DNA of 62,724 bases, filler included, from Choristocarpus tenellus KU-1152 (taxonomy: Eukaryota > Protista > Phaeophyceae): NCBI GenBank assembly GCA_964200185.2. It is 9 parts of 9 records of this genome, joined end to end, with 100 filler letters (N's around TTAATTAATTAA, not from the genome) between each part and the next. Parts side by side here need not be neighbours in the genome. Positions count along the whole stretch, not along the records: positions 46,787 to 56,154 come from CAXNAD020003741.1; positions 56,255 to 59,403 come from CAXNAD020021965.1; positions 59,504 to 62,724 come from CAXNAD020021444.1; 6 more parts are not named here. One strand, written 5' to 3'. A program made the position numbers and the translations under genes. A model generated the notes under the pieces. That model was not told the origin of the DNA. It did no database searches and was given only the letters and a program-made list of their open reading frames with translations. Positions 53,490-62,724 of the stretch are shown here, one piece after another; position 1 is the first letter of the stretch; every line of letters begins with the position of its first letter.

Positions 53490-55537
53490 TGCAATAGCCA
53501 TCTTCCAACTAAGGTTTACTGTTAAGGTGACCTACCTTGAGAAGATGTACTCAAGGTGTGTTGCTTCATATGACATTTCCATTTGCATGGTTTGAGTGGA
53601 CCTTGCAACCCCCCTCATTCACTTTTGCTTGTTCACTCTTTCCTGAGTGATCTTCTGAGGGATTGCTTACCCTCCTGCCTTGTCTCTCTTCATTCCCTTC
53701 CTCCCGTGAGTCTTCCCCCTCCCCTTCAGACTGAAGAACCTGTCGGTCTGTTTCCATCTGTTTTACAGTGGCGACAACCGAAGCCGTTCTGAAGTGGAGA
53801 ATAGTTTAACTGTACTTTGGGAGACACTCTTAATACACTACCTGTACTTTGAGGACTACACTTTCCCTATATTTGTACGCCACACCATTCTGAATGGCAT
53901 GTAGTTCGATCAAGGAGACGAGACAACACGTTCCAAACAACAGATAATCGTTTCCGGATTTTCATGGCGGAAGAATTCAATGAGAACGAACTAGCCGAAC
54001 ACATTCTAACAATGTTTCATTATCACCAGGATCCTCTGTCTGTCTCTTGATGAAGATGTCCTAGAAGATCGAAGGAAACTTCTACTTCATAACCATCCGG
54101 AATTTTTGTGGACACAGATTTCGACGTATTCGATTAGGGTGTATTCCAACAATTGATATCGGCGGATAATCATCCGCTCAGCCAGTTTGCCCTACCAATA
54201 TCAACTTATGCCAAGTTGATTTATTTTGATTTCTGTTTCATACATGTCGACCTATGTATGGACGGAGAAAACCTGAGTTCATCATTTTCCAGATTACTCT
54301 TGCACACTTATTTCTTGCTTCGTTGCTTTCCATTTTATTATTCATTTTTTCTTCTTTCTTGCCCATTTTCTACTTTTTTATTTTTAGGAGGAGGACAACT
54401 GTTTTGAGTTGAATAGTTATTTCAGTAATGCAATATGGTCAACTCCATCCCCTTTTTGCCCACGGTTTTTTATTTACCTTTTCCCAAATTTCTAATTGTT
54501 TTAATGATAGAATACTATGCATTTCATTATCAGATCCTCACCACCCTCCCACTCTGAATACATGCTATTTTCTTCTATCCCAGACAACAATATTGCACAT
54601 CTTCTACTGTAATTACTGGCTCCATTTCTCTACTCAGGTCTTTTTACATACATATTTTTTTTCTTTCTTTCCTTTCAAGAAGGTTCAATCTTCTATTTCT
54701 TCCAACAATTCCTTACGTCTGCTAACACTAAAAACCCGTATACTATGCTGTTGAATTCCATAGACGCAAGAATATTATGCTTGGTGCTGCACCTGAACAG
54801 AACTAATTCGATCATGGTTTCTGCATTCTCTATGGGAGTCTTCCATGATTTTCTTCTTTCCCCCTCCTCATTGGAGAAGATACTCCATTCTCTTGCTTCC
54901 GTACCTCTTGACGGAGTTAAACAGGATTTCAAGCTACGACTAGATAGTCCTTCCCCTTGCCCTTTCACGTTGAAAGGCTTGGCCGGACGCGGTCATATCT
55001 CATACATCGAAATCGTGATATTTCCACCTGCCCAGATATGTTCTATCATCTCACCCCTGATCAAGGTGAAGTGGGCCAGATCTGTTTGCCACCAAATCTA
55101 TCTTAGTTTCAAATGAGGCACCCTCACGAAAAATCTTATTGCTCTACACATCTTGCAAACATGCAGATATTTTTGTGTACACAACTGTCATGCCTGAGGG
55201 TATTTCCCTTGCTGAGAGTATTTATTTTCTTTCAATGCTCATGTCAACTTTCTTTCTGTGCACACACTTCCTCTTAATTTCCCATTGACATTGGTGTTGT
55301 CTTGATGCACGTATCAAACCATATACAGGGGTGGGTGATGTGATAACCATCTTCCATCTAATGTATACCTTTAAGGTGACCTACCTTGGGAATATGTACT
55401 TCAAGGTCTGTTGGTTCATATGAGTGACGTTCTAGGGGGTTGCTCACCCTCCTGACTTGTCTCGCTCAACCCCCTTCCTCCTGTGGAACTTCCCGCTACC
55501 CTTCAGTCTGAAGATCCAGTCTGTCTGTTTCCACCTC
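53490..55537. mobile_element. ~2 kb element bounded by direct repeats (53490-53762 and ~55340-55537); second copy at ~47265-48998
   Basis: 54522-55537 is near-identical to 47875-48990; 54186-54380 matches 47266-47510; 53490-53762 matches 48685-48997. Confidence 0.7.
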
Positions 55538-56254
55538 AGACACTACAATTAAATAATAATAATAATGGACGAACTTACATTATCGTAGTATCTATATCAT
55601 TATGCCCTCTGACATTTTGCAGATGTATACACTATCGTATCCTCGCTTGCCTCTTCTCTCACTGCTCGTCGTACAAGGCTTCAACTCCTTACCTCCGCCA
55701 ATCCTATACTTAATATCAATTGTATGTGCAAATGCCTACAAATTTGTCAAAACAATTTATTCAAGAGACATCATGAATTACACCACCATCGTCACATCGA
55801 TGATCGTCTCTTCTTTTGCCTCTTGAGACACAAGGTTACAACTCCTTAAGTTGTTCTATCCCTATCGTTACATATATTATTATGCCCTCTGATGTTTTTA
55901 ACCACAGTTAGTAGTCAACCATAGTCTGTAGTCAAACAGTATAAATAGATTTGGGAGAGAGATATTTCACATTTACGATAACTGTTACTTTTGCAGGAGT
56001 CCTTGTGATATTGAATTGATTTTTTCCTTGACAAATGTGCAAAATGTCAAAGGGCACGATATTATACTCCGTATAATATATTTGAGTCACCAGGGAGATG
56101 GGCAAGGAGGGGTCTGTTGGATTCTTGGGATGCTTCCTTAGCTCCCCCCCCAGGNNNNNNNNNNNNNNNNNNNNNNNNNNNNNNNNNNNNNNNNNNNNTT
56201 AATTAATTAANNNNNNNNNNNNNNNNNNNNNNNNNNNNNNNNNNNNNNNNNNNN

Positions 56255-56320
56255 TGTGGGAAGCCAAGCCCCAAATGGACAAACAGGGCAAAAATCGTAC
56301 CCTCTAAGATACTTTCACTC
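56255..56320 (-). mobile_element. MITE family B, end fragment truncated by assembly gap
   Basis: CCCCAAATGGACAAACAGGG...CGTACCCTCTAAGATACTTTCACTC is the reverse complement of the family B left end. Confidence 0.8.
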
Positions 56321-56418
56321 TGAAGGAGAATTTTTCATTGGCAGAGAGGACAGCAGTTCGTTTTAGAGGGTAATTGCATTTCATGGGCTACATATGGAAC
56401 ATATCCTGGTCAAGTGTT

Positions 56419-56600
56419 GGCTCAAAGTATCTGGGAGGTGGGGGGTGGCGGCTGTCCATTCAGGGCCTATTTTTCCATGTCGCTATTTTTTTGTGAATTT
56501 GGTTGCATGCGTCAGATGGATAATGTAAGTTCACTTCTCCTGGTCAGGGTTCAAATGGACACCCTGGTGTAGACCCCCCCCCCCCCCCCCCGATAGCGTC
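56419..56600 (-). mobile_element. MITE family A copy
   Basis: GGCTCAAAGTATCTGGGAGG...GGCGGCTGTCCATT...CAAATGGACACCCTGGTGTAGACCCCCC; right terminus decayed. Confidence 0.8.
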
Positions 56601-57728
56601 TGGTTGCAAAACACCTCCCCCCCCCCCTCCGGATAAATTTTTTTCCCCCACCACACTTTTTTAATTTTCTCCAGAGTACATTTCCTCAAAGTAGTCTGTA
56701 TATTCTATTTCGTTTCTGGGTCTTCCTGTAAGGTCGAGAAAAACTATTTTGGGAATAGGGTGTATGAACGTGATAAGTACCTTACTACATAATCGCTTAG
56801 TACAGGTAGTAATTCTTAACTTTTCCCTCTAGGAGGCAACCAAAGGACTTCGAGGTTGTCTGTTCACTAAGATATAGATATAGAGATATAGAGATATATA
56901 TCTAAGATGTAACTGTAAATTGTGCGAGGAGTGTTGCTTCACTAACTTGGAGAGTCCAGTGAAGGCAATAAAATGTTCATCCTACTGAAGTATGTTAGAG
57001 GAACATGCAATTCAGATAGGCCCCTTGAGACTCTCTTCTAGCACCATTAATTCTAGCTCTTATATGGACATAATTCCATCCATCCTCTCAACTACAGCCA
57101 CATCCTACCGAGGAGCTCACCTGCATTAAGACAAGGGAACGGGGTTGCAGACGGAAGGTTTAATATTTAAAATATTCAAATGGGGCTGATAGATCCCCCT
57201 AGAAGATTGGATGGCTGAAGAAAGAAGTTTTGAAGTTGAAGGAGCATGTGTAAGGCTACAATTTGATCCTGAACTTCCTTCAAGGAAGAGTGGTTGAGAA
57301 CCAGTGAAAGCGAATTAATCGTGATGCTCCTTGATGTGATCGAAAACCACTTGTGAGCCAACCTCTTCACATGTCCTCTACAATATTTGACAAAAAAAAA
57401 GCACTGATTTGTACGAAATAGAAAAACTATGGAGTTTATGTCAATATTTCACTAACCCCTCCAAAGTTAAAAAAAAATCACATTGCAGAATACTGGATTG
57501 CAGTTGCATTTATACTGTGCTTGGTCCCTGAGAGATGCTTCTGGATATAGTGATAATAATTGTGATAGACTTGAATCTTGAATATCTAAATCTTTTCAAT
57601 AAACTCGACAATTTTTTCTACTTCAACCACAAGCTGAGAATCCTACCTTACTTCTAAACTTTCTCCACAATACCTCTCCTGTAGTAGAGATCCAAAATAG
57701 AGTGAACACATCCTAAAGTGAGACGAAC

Positions 57729-57863
57729 CTTGGCAATTTTGATCATAAGGGGGCATACGAAATCTTTTCCAATCATATCACTTAGATGGCCCAGATACGG
57801 GTAACCGCCATCAGGAATCTGTTGATGTAGAAGTTGTGTCCAGACCAAGGAAATCACCTTTTC
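57729..57863 (-). CDS. Isolated exon of an unidentified minus-strand gene (EKVISLVWTQLLHQQIPDGGYPYLGHLSDMIGKDFVCPLMIKIAK)
   Basis: tttcag acceptor and AAG|GTTCGT donor, 135 nt, open frame. A possible terminal exon follows a polypyrimidine/tgtag acceptor near 57376 (RTCEEVGSQVVFDHIKEHHD*). Confidence 0.45.
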
Positions 57864-58013
57864 CTGAAAACACAATCCCACGTAAAGGATCAAATTCAGA
57901 AGGCAGTCAAACCGGTCCTACATCATCAACAGCACCCCTCTTTGGATACTTTGGTTCGTAGGACTTTATGTGTGTAGGTATCACAAAACGAGAAATTGAA
58001 TTCACTTTCCTGT

Positions 58014-58272
58014 GAGTGAAAGTATCTTAGAGGCTATGAGTTTTGCCCTGTTTGTTCATTTGGGAATTGGCTTCCCGTGGGTTTTTTTATGACAATTTCC
58101 CACTCCAAAATGTTTCGGAGTAGGTAAAATGTATACATCATGAAAAGGTCTGTCCAGAACAAGGATACTGAAACTTCCTAACAAACACGATAGCCACAAT
58201 CACATCAAAATCGCAACATCGAATTTTGGCCCCCAAATAGACGCGGCCCTACCCTCTAAGGTATTTTGGCTC
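58014..58272 (+). mobile_element. MITE family B, full copy, TGT target-site duplication
   Basis: tgt|GAGTGAAAGTATCTTAGAGG ... CCCTCTAAGGTATTTTGGCTC|tgt. Confidence 0.85.
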
Positions 58273-59333
58273 TGTCACTACTTATGGTATTCAGTTGGTT
58301 TCCCCGTAGGCAGCGCCCCAAACAAAGCAAAAATTCCTAGAAAAAAAACAATACACTCAACACAACCTTGGAGTTTGCTACATTGAAGTTCATATAGTGC
58401 AGAGTACTTCAATGTTGCCATCAACTTCACACAGCTCGAAATAATCTCAATATGAGCATTAAACTTGATGCCTTGGTCACCACAGGTTATTTCGGATTGC
58501 ATGTGGAGTCTATCAGTTCTCTAGGAAGGAAAATATAGAGTAGTGCTGAGATGGTGTGACATTCACTAAATTCACCGCGACTAAGGAATTTGAACACTAG
58601 AAGTGTTTAAACCAGCGCAACAAGATCAACAATCAGCACAAAATAAAATGTACAAATGAGCATTGTTACAAAAGATCCTATACATTTTCTCTATTCTCAT
58701 GTCAATAGAGATCACACATTTTTATATTCAGTAAGCTCCATGCGTTAAACATATGTACAGAGGAGCTGGACCAATTTGGAAGTTAATAGCGTTTTACTTC
58801 AGTTCCCTTGTAGTCGGAGGTTTTGTCCTTTGGCAGTGATTCAAATTACAACGAAGACTGCATGTCCTTCTCAACTGCCCCAGATGTAGCAAGTACTAGA
58901 TTTTGAGCTAACAGGTCGATTCCTGGTCTCTGTATCAAGTAATACTAGATATGTGGCCCAGAATCTCTAAGTACTGCTAGGATATAATTGGGAAAGCTTA
59001 TTCAAACAAGTATTTCATACACATTACTATCTACTCCAACATTAAAAACATTCTCAATCTTCTCCTCCCACCCCCACCATACCTTCAAACTTCCTCACTC
59101 ATTAGATCTACTGTAAGTACATCCGAGCTGAAGCAGTCAATCACATCAAATTTGTAACAGAAGAGATTACAAAGGACACCAAGGAATGTTTGGCAAACGC
59201 CAGCAAAGATAGGGAACTCCTGGGAATGGAGTTTTTTCTCTCACTGCAAAAGATCTGCTTCCAGGAAATATTTGAGACCACATTCCTCCTTCTCAAGAAG
59301 GACGAGAAAAGGTGTGCCTCTATATGACGCTCT

Positions 59334-59403
59334 GGATCAAAGTATCTGGGAGGGGGTGGCGGCTGTCCATTTGGAGTCAGTTTTTGTATGTCGCGATTTT
59401 TGG
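59334..59403 (-). mobile_element. MITE family A, truncated by gap
   Basis: GGATCAAAGTATCTGGGAGGGGGTGGCGGCTGTCCATTTGG. Confidence 0.75.
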
Positions 59404-62306
59404 NNNNNNNNNNNNNNNNNNNNNNNNNNNNNNNNNNNNNNNNNNNNTTAATTAATTAANNNNNNNNNNNNNNNNNNNNNNNNNNNNNNNNNNNNNNNNN
59501 NNNGTGCCCTCCACAAGTACCGAAATATTTTTGAACAAAAATATATATCCCATTCGTAGCGGGGGCCTTAAAAAGTGCCGCAACATTTACAAAAAAAAAC
59601 ATGCGGACACTTTCCGCGCACCATTTCTGGTCAAACCCATCCTCCATAGTATGCTCCATGCTCAATTTTGGTGATCAGCCGTTATCTCCATAATGTCAAC
59701 AGGTATGAATAATTTTGTCCAGAGCTCCACATTAAAAACTGCGCAGTACATATATTTTTTATATATACGTGAGGGAGTACTTACTCTCTTGGTGATCCGA
59801 ACCTTTTGACATTAGACAACAAAAAAAATTTAATGAGCTCTTATTCCCAACCTCACAGCCCTTCTTTGCCTTGTACGATTATAGAAGATCACTCTGTTTG
59901 AGATGAAAGCAAAACTAGAGATAGATGGCCCATATGGAAAAGATTACATCACCTCCAAATTGGTCATAAAAATCTGACACCAACACAAAACCGGTCGATC
60001 AATGAAGTAGGGTGGATCAATCCATATTGCCCAACCAGATCACACCATCACCATCACTGAACACTAATTCGAAGTACACAAGAATGCTAAACATGGTTTC
60101 AGTTTCGTCAGTGGTATGGTATGAGCAAGAAAATGATAGCATGCGAGGAATTAATTGCACCAATCAGGGTAGATGCATTACGTCATACGACTCCACCAAC
60201 TGCTGATTTCCAAGTTGGAGGGAAGCGGAAAATTTTCTCGTTAGTCAGAGGCCCCGCCCAAAAAAGGCCCACATTTTAGACCTTGCCAAACAACAACAGC
60301 CTGTATTGAATAAGCAAGGTCAATGAGTTGTTACACGAGTGATCATCATTTATGGGATGCTTACACGAGTCAACAACTGTAATGCTGTGAACACACTACC
60401 GGCGACTCTAACGATCATTATGTTAAAAACACAACAGCGCACATTAGCACAGGAATCGCATTGCTCACCATCTTCAACAAAAGACAAAAAAGGGCGTGTG
60501 TGTTGATAGTGTGGTTGTGCATCACACCCCTCAAAAGGTGAAGAGCAAGTACCCACACGATACTCTAATCGCGGCAACCTGGACCCCACAAAAAAAAAAA
60601 AAAAACAAGACTCTACTTACAACAAAAGTACACCCCACCCTCCAGTGAGGTCACTTTTTCCTGTCCTCCTTGAGCTTCAAAACTCCAACACACCCACGAC
60701 AATCCTAACCCTAACCCTATAATCAAAACCAGCAGGCGCCCTGATGCCACCCTGCACCCCATGCCGATTTTTTTTCATCCTCTCAGATAGCTGATGATCC
60801 CCATTTTCGTCTGACCGGAACGTTTTGATCACCGGATGTGATCTCAGACGAATGCTTCCTCAGCTCCATCTGAAGTGTTGTTTGTCGAGATGATCAGGCG
60901 GGGGGAGGGGCAGAGGTGGGATGGGGGGGGGGGGGGAATGGATANNNNNNNNNNCGGTGTGGGGGTGGGTGGGGGGGGGGGGCGGGGGGGGGGGGGGGGG
61001 AGGGGGGGGGGGGGGGGGGGGAGGGGAATGGATACCCGTAGGCGATGAAGTAAGGGCAGTGGTTCTCAGTTCAATTGATTTATCACACTTGGAGGCATAC
61101 ATTTATTACAAATAAGCAACACATGGAGATGTCATTCACGGTTGCCTATTCCAGATCTGAATCAAACACGAAAGCCTTAGTGCCGTGAGGTGAAGTAAAT
61201 TGCCCGAGAAAAGTATCAGCTGTGCGCAAGTATGAATATAATATTCGATAGTTCAGGGGTGGGAAACAGTGACGAAGAGTGACATTTACCTTCAATCTAG
61301 TATCACCCAGTACCTAATCACTCATGATTTCCATATTTACTAACCAGGTCCTCAGACTACCCCCTCCCCTGTCCATCCCCATCTTCCAAGCACTGCTGAG
61401 GATCACAAGACACACCAATCAACCGTAATGAAATAATAAAGCATGAAATCACCCATACCATGTGGTATACCACCGCCAAAATTCAAAACATTCCAAATTT
61501 AAGCCTTTACTGAAAATATTGTATTTGGGGAGAGTAGTGGTATGACCTCATGATATTTACCTCCCAGGCAACGGCATAAATAACCCAACTTACGGCACCA
61601 AAAACAAAACCGTTGGATACTTCGGAAAAGCAGTTTTTGTTTCTCGACACCTCCAACTAACACTCTACTTCTACACACGAAAGCATCTACAGCAAGAAAC
61701 ACAGAGGCTCTCCTCTCACCTTCATCCCGTTCCCATTCCTACATGCATTTCAATTCTGTTACCCTCTCATGATCACACCTCAAAAAAAAAACGTAAAAAA
61801 ATGATTCTTTTGGAACCAAAGATATCTTAGAGAGAGGTGGACCTTTTGGTTATTTTGAGCCATAAGGGGGCATATTATATGTTGTACCAGGCACCCATTT
61901 CCATGTCCCAAATGCAGTCTGCGGATGCAGAAGGCGGATCAGATCAGCATTCAAAATAGAAGTGCATACAGTCCGGGGGGCCACTTCCTCATCCGGAAAT
62001 TTCCTGTTCATCACCAACTTGGAAAATTGGTAAACTACAGAGTGGTACGGCATACGTATTTACCACTGAACAGTACAAGCACTTCCAAATATACCACAAA
62101 GAAGCTTCTCCTTCAACTCATACCGTGCAGTCAACCAAACCCTAACCCTATTCAACTAGCTGTCTAGATCAAGTAAATCGTCTCTTCTTACACAATCCCA
62201 TACATAAAACCAAATCCAAAAGGCAAACACAGAGGCCCCTCTAGGAAGCTTGGGTCCTAGCAAAGTACAACACAAGAGACACGTTCCACGGATCAACCAA
62301 ACCATT

Positions 62307-62307
<1 letters not shown>

Positions 62308-62354
<47 letters not shown>
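62308..62354. repeat. (AT)n microsatellite followed by CTAACCCTAACCCTAA
   Basis: Direct reading of the sequence. Confidence 0.9.
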
Positions 62355-62357
<3 letters not shown>

Positions 62358-62724
62358 TAACTAACCCTAACCCTAAGAAACAAAATATCTCACCCACTTC
62401 TCAATTTAAACTCGTTTCTACCACTAACTCTCTATATTCACAAAAAAAATCACATTTTTTGAACGCCACCTACTGCATAAAAAATAAAACAAACTCCTGA
62501 GTTCTCCTAAATATTCCAGAGCGTGCCTATATTGCAGCGATGAGACGGTTTGCAAACTCTGAAACACAACAGCCTTTGCATTTGTGGTCAGACGTTTTTC
62601 AGACACTGTTATCACTACTCCCTCTGTTCAACATCAGTTCAAACAGTTAGTGGGGGAGGGGGTGGGTGGGGGGTGGGTGGGGGGTGGGTATACTTCCTGA
62701 AAACTGCCTAGTGTATCTAAACAT

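Noticed and set aside
60860-61115. Poly-Pro / poly-Gly ORFs
   Set aside because: Translation of G homopolymer runs next to Ns.

Overview
AT-rich, intron-rich eukaryotic nuclear DNA. My inference is a stramenopile, probably a brown alga, from the exon size and intron style, the RGS and repeat-domain proteins, and the retroelement sequences. The window is nine pieces joined by eight artificial 100-nt N/TTAATTAATTAA/N spacers, so adjacency across gaps is unproven. Hand-spliced genes: (1) a COG0523/CobW-type (ZNG1/CBWD-like) metallochaperone GTPase, five exons, + strand, 3' end missing; (2) a signal-peptide protein with tandem beta-rich repeat domains, six exons, - strand, 3' end missing; (3) three exons of an RGS-domain gene; (4) three exons of an uncharacterised charged protein; (5) fragments of a further minus-strand gene. 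There is one intact tRNA-Ser(CGA). The rest is mostly mobile-element material: two related MITE families sharing a GRNY(C/G)AAAGTATCT terminus (one with clear 3-bp TSDs, PIF/Harbinger-like), an abundant short element ending in a 10-bp hairpin plus (TAA)n tail, RLE-type and CR1/L2-type LINE fragments, a Copia-like relic, a ~2 kb direct-repeat-flanked element, a decayed dUTPase and several long unidentified intronless ORF relics. I found no convincing complete novel system; the best leads are listed as findings.
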